IMG/VR virus record: IMGVR_UViG_3300032225_000982
Coordinates: 1 to 59,789 of that record
Length of the DNA: 59,789 nucleotides
Reading direction: 5' to 3' (one strand)
DNA from: a virus
Taxonomy: Duplodnaviria > Caudoviricetes
Part shown: in pieces, positions 24,360-33,808 of the stretch
Layout: every line of letters begins with the position of its first letter
Position numbering within the stretch: position 1 is the stretch's first letter
Notes under the pieces: model-generated
Told to the model about the DNA's origin: nothing
Databases searched by the model: none
What the model saw: only the letters and a program-made list of their open reading frames with translations
Position numbers and translations under genes: made by a program

Positions 24360-26207
24360 GTGATCAAAGCCGCTGGCATCATGTTTTTGAACGAAGCGGG
24401 CGAAGTGCTTCTGCTGAAGCGCGGACCCGGCGGCGATTGGCCCGGCGCATGGTGCTTTCCTGGCGGCGAACAAAAGGGCGACGAAACGTCCGAACAGACA
24501 GCGGTCCGCGAGTGCGAGGAGGAGCTAGGCTTCTGCCCGCCCGGCCCCCGCCGCGTTTGGGCGCGTCGCATCAGTGACAATCAATTTCCGCCCGGCGAGG
24601 AGCAACCCGCCGACGTTAACCCTGTGCCGCCGATTGGCGATCCGGTGGATTACACGACGTTCTTGCAGCGCGTCGAAGGTCGCTTCGATCCGCTGCTAAA
24701 CGGCGAACATACCTCATTCGCTTGGTGCAGCGTTGATTCTCCCCGCACACCGCTGCACCCGGGCGCCCGCGTCGCTCTAGAAAAGCTCTCGATGGATGAG
24801 CTTGGGGTGGCGCGGGCAATCATGAAGGGCGATCTTGTCAGCCCGCAGCATTACGAAAACGTGTGGCTATTCGCGCTGCGCATCACCGGCACCGGCACAG
24901 CATACCGCAGCAAGATTGACGAATACGTTTATCGGAAGCCGGAAAACTACCTCAATCAGCATTTTCTGGACCGCTGCAACGGGCTTCCCGTGATCTGGGA
25001 GCATCCCAAAGCGGGCAAGCTGGACAGCAAAGAATTCATCAATCGCGTCATCGGCACCATCCTTTTGCCCTACATCCAAGGCGAAGAAGTTTGGGGAATC
25101 GCCAAAATCTACGATGACGAAGCCGCCATGCAAATGGCGTCGAAGCAACTCTCGACCTCACCTGCCGTTGTTTTCCGTCAAACGGATGGCAATGTGCAGG
25201 AAAGGCTTGAGGACGGGTCTAATCTTCTGATAGAAGGCAAGCCCAGTCTATTGGACCATCTTGCTATTTGCGAAGAGGGTGTATGGGACAAGGGCGGTCC
25301 TCCCGCCGGAGTCGAACTGCCCGAAACCATTGAAACAACCTCCGGAGGTAATACTATGGCTGAAGTTGAGAAAGAAATGGAAGGCGCTGAAAAGCGTGCG
25401 GACGCTGACGGCGCCAACCTCGACAAGCTGCTGATGGGCATTGACGCCCTGTGCAGCCGCATGGATAAAATGCACGAAGCTCATCAGGAAATGAAGGGCC
25501 GACTGGATTCCCTGCAGGACCTGAAAATGGCCAAGGCCGCTGACGACGATGACGACGACATGGCCGACAACGTCGAGCTTGAAGTCGAAGAGCCGCAGAT
25601 GGTTCGCGCCGGTGGCGCCATGCCGCCGCGCATGATGGCTGACGATGACGACGACGATATGGCGCCGCCCAAGGTGCAGAAGGCCGACGACGACATGAAG
25701 GCCGACAGCGCCCGCCGCGCCGCCAACGATGCACACGTTGCTGCGGAAATCCGCCGCCTCTCCGCTCTGATCGGCAAGATGCCCAAGAGCATGAGCGATG
25801 CGGATTACGCCGCGATGGCCGACTATCAGGCCCGCGCCGATAGCGTTTACAGCGCCTTCGGTGAACGCGCCCCCGCCCCGCTCCAGGGCGAGACGGCCCC
25901 CGCCTACCGCATCCGTCTGGCGAAGGGCATGCAGAGCCATAGCGAAGCCTGGAAGTCGGTTCCGCTGCGCGATCTGCCTGAAAACGCGCTCGACATCGCG
26001 GAAGCCGCCATCTACGCCGATGCCACCGCCGCTGCTCGCAGCCCGGTTGGTGTCTCGGCTGGCAGCCTCCGCGCGATTAAGAAGCGTGACGCCGCCGACC
26101 GCGTGATCACTGAATTCGTCGGTGAGCCTAGCGCATGGATGGGCGAATTCCGGACGGCACCGCGCGCAATTGCGAAGCCGTTCTTCCGTCGCAACGCTAT
26201 GCACTAA
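24360..26207 (+). CDS. Nudix hydrolase fused to a DUF2213-like prohead protease and scaffold
   Basis: Nudix box GGEQKGDETSEQTAVRECEEELG; VIWEHP, LSTSP and DHLAIC.G.WD; acidic scaffold tail; upstream of the decoration and capsid genes. Confidence 0.8.
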   Translation: MIKAAGIMFLNEAGEVLLLKRGPGGDWPGAWCFPGGEQKGDETSEQTAVRECEEELGFCPPGPRRVWARRISDNQFPPGEEQPADVNPVPPIGDPVDYTTFLQRVEGRFDPLLNGEHTSFAWCSVDSPRTPLHPGARVALEKLSMDELGVARAIMKGDLVSPQHYENVWLFALRITGTGTAYRSKIDEYVYRKPENYLNQHFLDRCNGLPVIWEHPKAGKLDSKEFINRVIGTILLPYIQGEEVWGIAKIYDDEAAMQMASKQLSTSPAVVFRQTDGNVQERLEDGSNLLIEGKPSLLDHLAICEEGVWDKGGPPAGVELPETIETTSGGNTMAEVEKEMEGAEKRADADGANLDKLLMGIDALCSRMDKMHEAHQEMKGRLDSLQDLKMAKAADDDDDDMADNVELEVEEPQMVRAGGAMPPRMMADDDDDDMAPPKVQKADDDMKADSARRAANDAHVAAEIRRLSALIGKMPKSMSDADYAAMADYQARADSVYSAFGERAPAPLQGETAPAYRIRLAKGMQSHSEAWKSVPLRDLPENALDIAEAAIYADATAAARSPVGVSAGSLRAIKKRDAADRVITEFVGEPSAWMGEFRTAPRAIAKPFFRRNAMH

Positions 26208-26219
26208 GGATAGAGCATC

Positions 26220-27125
26220 ATGGCAAATTCAGTCTCTTTTAACCCGATGCTGACCACCACCAACATTGGTGGCTTCAGCACTCAGTCCTATGGTCTCGTC
26301 CAGGGTGTTGCCATGGACGATCCGGCGGTGCGCTATGCACTTGCCGGTGGTCTGCTGGCGACCAACGAGACCTACCCGATGTGGGGCGGCGTGGGCGTTT
26401 ACGCCAACGTCCCGGCCCTGGCTGGCAACAGCACGTCGGTTGGCCCCGAACTTGGCCCCATTGTTGGCCGCGCCACCACGCTTAGCGCGGGCGCCGCAAA
26501 GCAACTTATTGGCTTCAGCACGTTCAACCAAGCGACCGCTTGGGTGTCCTGGCCCCAGAGCAACGTTCCGACCGCCGCTGGTGGTATGACGGTGCCTTAC
26601 TTCCCGTTGAACAGCGGCGCTCGCATCGCCGTGGCTTGCGATCCTTCGCTTGCTGCGAGCCTTGTGAACAACAGCATCGCGCAGGCGGTGTATTGGGACT
26701 TGAACGCCCAGTGCCTCGTGGCCTCGGCTTCCGCCACTTACGCCGTGACCTCGCTTACTTGGTCCGCCACCAATGGCGGTCAGGTTGCGGTTGTGGCTTC
26801 CGTGGCAACCCCGGTTGCGGGCGTGGGCGACAGCTTCACTCTCGCTGGCGTAACCAACACCGGCACCGGCTTGGTCTCCGCCATCAACACCGTGCATCAG
26901 GTCAACACCTTCACCAACAGCCAGAACTTCACGTTCCTGCTGCCGGGTGATTCTTCGACATGGGGCACGCTGGGCGGCAGCATCACGCTGGTCTACAGCG
27001 AAGGCGCTCTGCCTTGTAAGGTTCTCCGCGTTCAGTCGGGCAACAGCAAGACCGTTGTCTGGGACCCGGTGAACAACGTCGCCAACTGGAACAACAGCGG
27101 CACTGCCGCGCTCATTCAGATTTAA
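26220..27125 (+). CDS. Capsid decoration/cement protein
   Basis: Lies between protease and MCP; PMWGGVG and GARIAV; beta-rich. Confidence 0.65.
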   Translation: MANSVSFNPMLTTTNIGGFSTQSYGLVQGVAMDDPAVRYALAGGLLATNETYPMWGGVGVYANVPALAGNSTSVGPELGPIVGRATTLSAGAAKQLIGFSTFNQATAWVSWPQSNVPTAAGGMTVPYFPLNSGARIAVACDPSLAASLVNNSIAQAVYWDLNAQCLVASASATYAVTSLTWSATNGGQVAVVASVATPVAGVGDSFTLAGVTNTGTGLVSAINTVHQVNTFTNSQNFTFLLPGDSSTWGTLGGSITLVYSEGALPCKVLRVQSGNSKTVVWDPVNNVANWNNSGTAALIQI

Positions 27126-27137
27126 GGAGCCGCTGCA

Positions 27138-28160
27138 ATGGCGAATATCACCCCGTCCCGCGTAATGGTTTCTCCGCACTACATGGTGCCGGAGAAGCTG
27201 TTGCAATACAACCAAGCCTCGGGCGCGTTTGACGCCCTGGCCGGTGGCAACCCCCAGGTCCGCCTGGGCGAAGGCGATCTTTACGTCTATATCGACGCCT
27301 TCGACATCCGCACCATCACGGCGGCTGGCCAGAGCGGTTACAACTCGCTCCCCAGCGTCAGCGTCGTGGCGCGTCAAATCAGCACCCCGACCTATCTGCA
27401 GCGGGTTCGTGCTGAATACGACCATCACGACACCGCTGCCATGTCGCAGTGGGGCGTGAGCATCGTCGAGGCGCAACGCCTCGGCATGCGCCAGGGCCAC
27501 TTCCAGCTTATGCGCTCTGCTCTGCTGTATGGCTTCAACGGCGCTCAAGGTGAGGGCCTGCTGAACACCAGCGGCGCCACCACCGTGAACCTGCCTGCGG
27601 ATTCCAACGGCAACAACACCGTCGTCACCTACGACAACGGCCAGATGGCGTTCTTCCTGCTCTCGCAGGTGTCCGCGCTGAAGACCCGCACCATGCAGCT
27701 TGGCATTGGCCATCGCATCGTGGTGCTTGGCCCGCAGCGCATCTTGGGCGCCTTCGAATATCAGGACATCGTGCAGGTGACGCAATTCCAGCGCGCTGGC
27801 GCTGGCACGCTGTCCACTGCCGGTGTGGTCAAGGCCGTCGGTGAGATGAACGAGGACGAAATCCTCTGGTGTTATGACGACACCCTGATCGGCAAGGGCG
27901 CCGGTGGCACCGACGCCGTGTTGATCATTCTGCCGGAAGTTGAAAAGCCCAAAGCGAACAAGATCAACACCAACGCCTTCGCCGACCTCTCGCCCGGCCT
28001 CGCTGCCTGCACGCTCCAGTATTGCGACATGGCGGCACCGCGCGAAATTCCGACCCCGCTTGCGGGCGGCGCGATTGACGTGCTTTCCGAACTCCGCGTC
28101 ACCTCCGGGTGGGGCGTGCGTCCGGAAGCCATCGCCATCGTGTCGATGCAGTATCAGTGA
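27138..28160 (+). CDS. Major capsid protein
   Basis: 340 aa, strong codon bias, AAGGAG RBS; LLYG....GEGLLN and GWGVRPEAI, consistent with an HK97-fold DUF2184-like family. Confidence 0.82.
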   Translation: MANITPSRVMVSPHYMVPEKLLQYNQASGAFDALAGGNPQVRLGEGDLYVYIDAFDIRTITAAGQSGYNSLPSVSVVARQISTPTYLQRVRAEYDHHDTAAMSQWGVSIVEAQRLGMRQGHFQLMRSALLYGFNGAQGEGLLNTSGATTVNLPADSNGNNTVVTYDNGQMAFFLLSQVSALKTRTMQLGIGHRIVVLGPQRILGAFEYQDIVQVTQFQRAGAGTLSTAGVVKAVGEMNEDEILWCYDDTLIGKGAGGTDAVLIILPEVEKPKANKINTNAFADLSPGLAACTLQYCDMAAPREIPTPLAGGAIDVLSELRVTSGWGVRPEAIAIVSMQYQ

Positions 28161-28164
28161 GCCG

Positions 28165-28233
28165 GGTTGTGGCGCGGGGCTTCGGCTTCGCGCCACGGCC
28201 ACCCTGCCGCGCGGCTGGACCCCGCGCGGTTTC
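28165..28233 (+). terminator. Double hairpin after the MCP gene (cUUCGg 16-bp stem plus CCGCGCGG stem)
   Basis: 28165-28180 pairs with 28185-28200 around TTCG; 28207-28214 pairs with 28222-28229, followed by TTT. Confidence 0.55.
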
Positions 28234-28253
28234 CATCGGACCCAGAGGATAAC

Positions 28254-28769
28254 ATGCCCACTCTCTACGTCGCCAATTGCTCAAAGCAGAAACACGATTT
28301 TATCTACCGAATTCCGGAGGAAACCTCCATTCGGCGCCAGCAGATTGCGCCCGGTTCGCAGATCGTGGTTTACCAACCGAATTCCGCGCTTGAGATTGTG
28401 AAGGCCATTGTCGATCAGCACGCCATTTATGGCCTCGTTGACGTGGCCGACATCGACCGGCGCAAGCCTTTCGTTGGGCTGTGCTATCGCTTCGACAAGC
28501 CGATCAACGTCGAAAAGATCATGCAGGCCGACGAACACAATTCCGGCGTGCTGGAGCGCGAAAGCCAGGAGGCGCGCAAGCTCTCCGCCGCCGCCCTGCA
28601 CAACGCCATCGAACGCGCCACGGAAGGCGCGGTGCGCGTCGAGAATCTTGAGCTTGAGGTGGTGCAGCAGAACGGCAGCACCGAACCCGGCTTGAACGAG
28701 ACCGTCAGCGTCACGCGCGAAACGAGCGGTGAGCCGCCCCGCCGTGGACGACCGAGAAAAGCAGCATGA
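28254..28769 (+). CDS. Hypothetical head-associated protein
   Basis: GAGGA RBS before ATG 28254; ends RRGRPRK. Confidence 0.7.
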   Translation: MPTLYVANCSKQKHDFIYRIPEETSIRRQQIAPGSQIVVYQPNSALEIVKAIVDQHAIYGLVDVADIDRRKPFVGLCYRFDKPINVEKIMQADEHNSGVLERESQEARKLSAAALHNAIERATEGAVRVENLELEVVQQNGSTEPGLNETVSVTRETSGEPPRRGRPRKAA

Positions 28770-29236
28770 ATAATGCGCCCACCCTAGAAGGCTTTCAGGA
28801 CTTCGTCACAAATGTGATGGGCATCAACCCGTTGTATTTGCCGTCCAACAGCCCTTCAATCGGGTGGGCGTTTTCCGTCGCGCTGATGATCGTAAACCCC
28901 GCACTCGCGGTGGTAGCAACGCCAAGCATGGCGCCGGTTCAAACCAGCATTTACGAACAGGCGGTTTACAATCTGGCTGGCGACAACCTCATCAACTACG
29001 CCCAAGACCAGCCGGGCCGCACCTACTTTGCCGATCTGCGCAAAGCGTATGGCCTCAACGCCTTCGCCGCAGGCGTCGTGACTTCCGCATCCGATAGCGG
29101 CACCAGCGACAGCCTCGCGGTGCCAGAGGCTCTACAGGCGCTGACGCTCTCGCAATTGCAGAACGTCAAAACCCCCTGGGGACGTCAATATCTGGCGTAT
29201 GCGCAAACCTATGGCACGATGTGGGGCGTGGCATGA
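28766..29236 (+). CDS. Head-tail adaptor (DUF4054-like)
   Basis: VYNLA, GVVTSASD and TPWGRQYL; position. Confidence 0.65.
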   Translation: MNNAPTLEGFQDFVTNVMGINPLYLPSNSPSIGWAFSVALMIVNPALAVVATPSMAPVQTSIYEQAVYNLAGDNLINYAQDQPGRTYFADLRKAYGLNAFAAGVVTSASDSGTSDSLAVPEALQALTLSQLQNVKTPWGRQYLAYAQTYGTMWGVA

Positions 29237-29682
29237 CGACCCTGCATCTCGGCGTTATCGACCAGCCTTATGACGACGGCGCGACCACCGGAATGGTGGC
29301 CGAAATCCTCGAAGACAAATATCATGTCATGGAGGTATTTTTTGAAAGCCGCGTTGATGAAGTGATTGGCGCGCTTGAGCGGTCCATTCAGGGTGCCATT
29401 GACGCATTGGACATGGGCGCACCGGTTGAAAACATCGATCCCTTCGGTGGTGCTACGGGCGAAATTGAAGCGGCGTTTCGGCATTTCCTTGACAGCAAGG
29501 AAATGGAAAGCCTGGGAATTCCCGGCGTTCCAACGCAAGCGGCGCTTGATGGCGTGAGCCATCGGTTCAAAAACCCGCGCCACAAGAAAACCAAGGGCGG
29601 CAAAAAGGTGAAGCGCGCTCCGCGCCCATCCTTCATCGACACGGGGCTTTATGAAGCCAGCATGAAGGCTTGGATCACCTGA
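29233..29682 (+). CDS. Neck/tail-completion protein
   Basis: C-terminal PRPSFIDTG.Y..S; position. Confidence 0.6.
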   Translation: MTTLHLGVIDQPYDDGATTGMVAEILEDKYHVMEVFFESRVDEVIGALERSIQGAIDALDMGAPVENIDPFGGATGEIEAAFRHFLDSKEMESLGIPGVPTQAALDGVSHRFKNPRHKKTKGGKKVKRAPRPSFIDTGLYEASMKAWIT

Positions 29683-30635
29683 TGGCGACCGTCGATGAAA
29701 CCCTCGCCAACCTGCCAATCCGCGACGCGCTGCAAGCGGGCATTCAGTCGCTTTCGGCTGGCGAGACCGTTCGTTTCACTCGGTATGTGAAGCGCATCTT
29801 GCCGATTGACGGCTACGTTTTTTGGCTGGCGGGCGAGAGCATCGAGATTGCCGGTTCGTTCCACTATTCGGTGGGGCGCACGCAAACTGAAGACGAAACC
29901 GTCTCGGTCAATAAAGTGATTTTCACTACCACGGACGAAATCTCCGAATTCAACGTGGTCAATCCGCAAACGCTTTGGATTGCGACTTTCGACGGCATCC
30001 GCTTCGCTTTCGCTCGGCGCGGCAACCGCTACACGCAGGCGGGCGTCAACCACTACGAGGGCGATGCGGTCTATTCCGCCCTGGCGTCGCAGCTTGTTGA
30101 AAATCTCTACACGCTGCTGGCGTCGGAGCCTATCGTCTCCAACAGCCTGCCTGCGTGGCTGACAATCCAAACCTATTCGCCAATTTGGCTTGCGCCAAAA
30201 AATCCGGACATCATTCTGTATCCGTCATATTTGGTGCCCGCAAACATCAGTCCGCCTTATGGCGTGGTGCACATCGAACCGGGCCGCACAAACGCCATTC
30301 AGGCCGCGCCGCGTTTGAACAACCGGACTTCGCATTATCAGCTTGCCACGGATCACGTCCGCGTGACCCTATACGGCTACAACAACGCGCAGGCTCAAGA
30401 CTGGCTCGACACGGTGAACCAATTCAGTGTCGATACCGACGCGCTGGGCATTATGAGCATGCCTATCATGCGCGACGAAAAACGTGGCCAAATGGAACTG
30501 CTGGCCATCGCAATGAAGAAGACAATCGAGTTTGATGTAAGCTATTATCAAACTCGCATTAACGATATTGCGCGCCAGCTTATCACGAGCTGTGTCGTGC
30601 AGTATGAAGTTTCACCGTATCCAACCGCCGCATAA
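29682..30635 (+). CDS. Head-closure/tail-terminator-like virion protein
   Basis: Position between neck and sheath genes; coupled start. Confidence 0.5.
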   Translation: MATVDETLANLPIRDALQAGIQSLSAGETVRFTRYVKRILPIDGYVFWLAGESIEIAGSFHYSVGRTQTEDETVSVNKVIFTTTDEISEFNVVNPQTLWIATFDGIRFAFARRGNRYTQAGVNHYEGDAVYSALASQLVENLYTLLASEPIVSNSLPAWLTIQTYSPIWLAPKNPDIILYPSYLVPANISPPYGVVHIEPGRTNAIQAAPRLNNRTSHYQLATDHVRVTLYGYNNAQAQDWLDTVNQFSVDTDALGIMSMPIMRDEKRGQMELLAIAMKKTIEFDVSYYQTRINDIARQLITSCVVQYEVSPYPTAA

Positions 30636-30647
30636 CAGGAGTTTCTA

Positions 30648-31037
30648 ATGCCTCAGAATCCCAACCAAGTTTTCCCCGGCGTCGCCAACGGCGTTGCCAA
30701 GCCGCAGTATATGGACGCCCAGGGCGTGCAGGTGGTTGCCAACGCTGCCTCGGCTGCGCTCAACATCACCGCCGCCGCCGTCATCAAGGCGTCTGCTGGC
30801 CGCATCGCACGCATCGTGATCCTGGCCCCCGGCAGCACCTCGGGCGCTTTCACGTTCAACAACTGCGCCACCACGGGCGCTGCGACCACCGCCAATCAGG
30901 TGTTCACCCTGCCCTACAATGGCACGAACAACATCGCTGGCGCCGTCTTTAACATCGACGTTCCCTGCTCTGCTGGCATCGTTTGCTCGGCGGTTCCGGG
31001 CGGCGGTTCGCCGCAGGTGATTGTGACTTACACCTAA
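30648..31037 (+). CDS. Small beta-rich virion protein
   Basis: AGGAG RBS; Ala/Thr/Gly-rich; high-expression codon usage. Confidence 0.6.
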   Translation: MPQNPNQVFPGVANGVAKPQYMDAQGVQVVANAASAALNITAAAVIKASAGRIARIVILAPGSTSGAFTFNNCATTGAATTANQVFTLPYNGTNNIAGAVFNIDVPCSAGIVCSAVPGGGSPQVIVTYT

Positions 31038-31071
31038 TTCGTCGCATCACCGTTCTACCTAGGAGAATTCA

Positions 31072-32682
31072 ATGCCAACCATTGTTCAAGTAAATGTGAC
31101 GCAGACGGTTGGCGCAGCGCCCGCCACTCTGCAAAAGACGGGCGCGCTGATTTCCCAAGGTGGGACGACCACCAGCCCGGGCACCGCGACGCTCATCACG
31201 CAGGAAGCCGATCTGACGGCGATCTTGACTGCGCCCGCCCCGCTAACTCAGGTGGTGGTGGCCGGAGCCGTTGTGACAGCCACTACGGTTTCGCCGCATG
31301 GCTATACCGTCGGAAGCCAGATCGTTTTGACGATGGCTGGCATCACCGACGGTGGGCTTGGGCCGTCGGCTTATAACGGCACCTACCTCTGCACCATCAC
31401 TAGCACGACGCAATACACCTACAACCTGGGCCAGGAATTGATCCTGGCTTCGGGCACGGGCGGCACATACGTTCCGCAAAGCGCGATCCAGCTTACCGCG
31501 ATGGGCAACACGTTCTTTGCCCAGGGTTCTGGCTTGTCCTGCTATGTGTTGGAGCTTGGGCCGGGCAACACGGAAGATGGCGTGGCCGCGCTGGCCGCAT
31601 ACATCCAGGCCAATCCCAACAGCGATTACACGCCCGGCGCGGAAGGCTACTTCTACGCCTACGTTGTGCCGAAACAGTGGGACGGCAACGCGGATTTCCT
31701 GGCTTTGCTGGCGGAATTCGAATCCACCACGGCGCGCACCTATTTCTTCATCACGACCACGCTGGCCACTTACAACAGCTACACCAACTTGATGAAGTGC
31801 GCGTTTACGCTGATTGAGTCGCCGCAATTCGGCACCTACAGCGCAAACGAATTGATCGGCGCGGTTTGGACCTCGGGCGCCATCACGTTCACAACCCTTA
31901 ACACCAGTGGCATTTCTAAGGGCGACTGGTTCACCATCGTGGGCTGCACTCCCGCAGAATACAACGGCACCTATCAAGCCGTCGTGGCCAATGGCGTGGA
32001 CATCACTGCCTATAAGGCGGTTGACCCTGGCGCGCTTACCGTTACCGGCAGCCTCAAGGCCAGCCTGTATGGCAACGCGGGCGCTCCGGTTACTGAATTC
32101 ACGGTGGTGTCCGCTTTCTGGAACTTTCTGGCTTACGAACCCAGCGCAGCGAACCTCGTTGCACCGTTCGCCTTCAAGTATCTTTACGGCGTGACGCCGT
32201 TCCCGACGCGCGGCAACAACGCTCTGCTGACCACGCTCAAGGCCGAAAGTGTCAACGTCGTGGGCACGGGCGCGGAAGGCGGCATCAGCAACACCATCCT
32301 GCTCTGGGGCACCACGATGGATGGCCACGATGCCACTTATTGGTATTCGGTGGACTGGGTGCAGATCAACGTTGACATCGCCATTTCTAACGCGGTCATC
32401 AACGGTTCGAACAACCCCCAGAACCCGCTGTATTACGATCAAAACGGCATCAACCGGCTTCAGGCGGTGGCGCAAACGGTCATGCGCAACGCCATCTCTT
32501 TTGGCCTCGCGCTCGCGCCCATCACGGTTAACGCGGTGCCGTTCGTGACCTACGTCTCGCAGAACCCGGCGGATTACCCTGCTGGCATCTATCGCGGCCT
32601 CTCGGTCACCTACACGCCGCAGCGCGGCTTCATCCAGATCGTGTTTTACGTCAACGTCTCGTCGTTCCCGGCTGGCGGCTGA
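31072..32682 (+). CDS. Contractile tail sheath protein (DUF3383-like)
   Basis: IVQVNV N-terminus; FKYLYGVT, WYSVDWVQ and LYYDQNGI; upstream of the tube gene. Confidence 0.8.
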   Translation: MPTIVQVNVTQTVGAAPATLQKTGALISQGGTTTSPGTATLITQEADLTAILTAPAPLTQVVVAGAVVTATTVSPHGYTVGSQIVLTMAGITDGGLGPSAYNGTYLCTITSTTQYTYNLGQELILASGTGGTYVPQSAIQLTAMGNTFFAQGSGLSCYVLELGPGNTEDGVAALAAYIQANPNSDYTPGAEGYFYAYVVPKQWDGNADFLALLAEFESTTARTYFFITTTLATYNSYTNLMKCAFTLIESPQFGTYSANELIGAVWTSGAITFTTLNTSGISKGDWFTIVGCTPAEYNGTYQAVVANGVDITAYKAVDPGALTVTGSLKASLYGNAGAPVTEFTVVSAFWNFLAYEPSAANLVAPFAFKYLYGVTPFPTRGNNALLTTLKAESVNVVGTGAEGGISNTILLWGTTMDGHDATYWYSVDWVQINVDIAISNAVINGSNNPQNPLYYDQNGINRLQAVAQTVMRNAISFGLALAPITVNAVPFVTYVSQNPADYPAGIYRGLSVTYTPQRGFIQIVFYVNVSSFPAGG

Positions 32683-32698
32683 GTAGGAGAAAACAACC

Positions 32699-33145
32699 AT
32701 GGCAGCTAATCCACAAGTCGCTCAGGGCACGCTCAACCGGTTACGGGGCAGCGTAGTCATTCCGGACTACCCGGCCCTGCAAGTCACGGCGCCCTTCCTG
32801 GGGCGCCCTGGCATCGCCATCGCCTTTGAAGGCGAAACGACGACGATGATCCCGACGATGACGGGCACCATCACCTCGCCGTTTCCCTATCAGATGGTGA
32901 CGGTGACCATTTCGCTGCTCAAGACCCAGAACCTTGCGGCTCTCTGGGAGGCGCAGCGTCAGGCGTTGAGCACGATTGGCGACATCACGGTGACGCCCGA
33001 TACCGTGTCGCTTCCGGCTTACACCTTCAACAACTGCGCCATTCAGAATGTGCGTGAGTTGAATTTCGCAGGCGAGGACGCGAGCTATTCCGTCACCGTC
33101 AGCGGCTACTACCAGATCAACAACAACCTCTGGAATCTGGTTTGA
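32699..33145 (+). CDS. Tail tube protein
   Basis: 148 aa, beta-rich, directly after the sheath gene. Confidence 0.72.
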   Translation: MAANPQVAQGTLNRLRGSVVIPDYPALQVTAPFLGRPGIAIAFEGETTTMIPTMTGTITSPFPYQMVTVTISLLKTQNLAALWEAQRQALSTIGDITVTPDTVSLPAYTFNNCAIQNVRELNFAGEDASYSVTVSGYYQINNNLWNLV

Positions 33146-33151
33146 TCGAAC

Positions 33152-33230
33152 GGGTGCAGCTAGGGCGACGGTCCGAAAAGCAGGCATAGTCCACCTGCCT
33201 GCTGCATCCTAACCCACGGACGCGAAGGAT
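33152..33230 (+). ncRNA. Candidate cis-regulatory three-way-junction RNA in the 5' UTR of the tail chaperone gene
   Basis: P1 33152-60/33201-09, P2 33163-66/33171-74, GAAAA junction, P3 33180-84/33194-98. Confidence 0.45.
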
Positions 33231-33238
33231 GACGCAAA

Positions 33239-33808
33239 GTGAAGATTAACAACAAGTTAAATTTAGTGGTTGAAGTCGAAACCAGCGAAGGCACTATCTT
33301 CGTGCATAGCACTCCGCTTTCGCGCGAGGTGTTTGAGCGATATTTCCTAATCATCGGCAAGACGTTTGCCAGCCTGATTAGCGAGGGGTTGAGCTTTGTT
33401 TCTGGCCCGCGCGTGGCGGCTATGATGCTCCGGAAGATTGCTCAAGACGCTGGTGTTTGGGAAGGGCGCGACGGGATCAGCAACGGGTTAATGGCCGAAA
33501 TTCGTCGGCTATCAAACGTGGTGATTCCTAGCACGTCAGGGTGGATGACGATGCCCTTCCAAGATGCCATTGACCGGAAAACAATGGACGAAGATGACAT
33601 TGCGGAGGTAGAAGGACTGATAACTTTTTTTATCTGCGCCTCTGCCATGTCCCGGAAGACCGAGATCGGCCCCGTTCTGGAGAGGATGCGTTTGTGGGGA
33701 GCGTTGACCACATTATTGAACTCTACGGAATACGCCGCATCATTGCCGACATCGACAACGGAAGAGACTTCGGAGACGCCGATGATCACCTCGTCAGTGC
33801 CGCATTAG
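33239..33808 (+). CDS. Tail assembly chaperone (gpG-like)
   Basis: Between tube and tape measure genes; contains the slippery heptamer T TTT TTT at 33625-33631. Confidence 0.72.
   Translation: MKINNKLNLVVEVETSEGTIFVHSTPLSREVFERYFLIIGKTFASLISEGLSFVSGPRVAAMMLRKIAQDAGVWEGRDGISNGLMAEIRRLSNVVIPSTSGWMTMPFQDAIDRKTMDEDDIAEVEGLITFFICASAMSRKTEIGPVLERMRLWGALTTLLNSTEYAASLPTSTTEETSETPMITSSVPH

Noticed and set aside
26229-28202. Long minus-strand ORFs (657 aa here; also 5263-6714, 31243-32700, 25248-26204, 16787-17548)
   Set aside because: They are antisense shadows of strongly codon-biased + strand genes and show no recognisable motifs.
33152-33209. Hammerhead ribozyme or tRNA
   Set aside because: It lacks the CUGANGA core, and has no T-loop, anticodon arm or acceptor stem.
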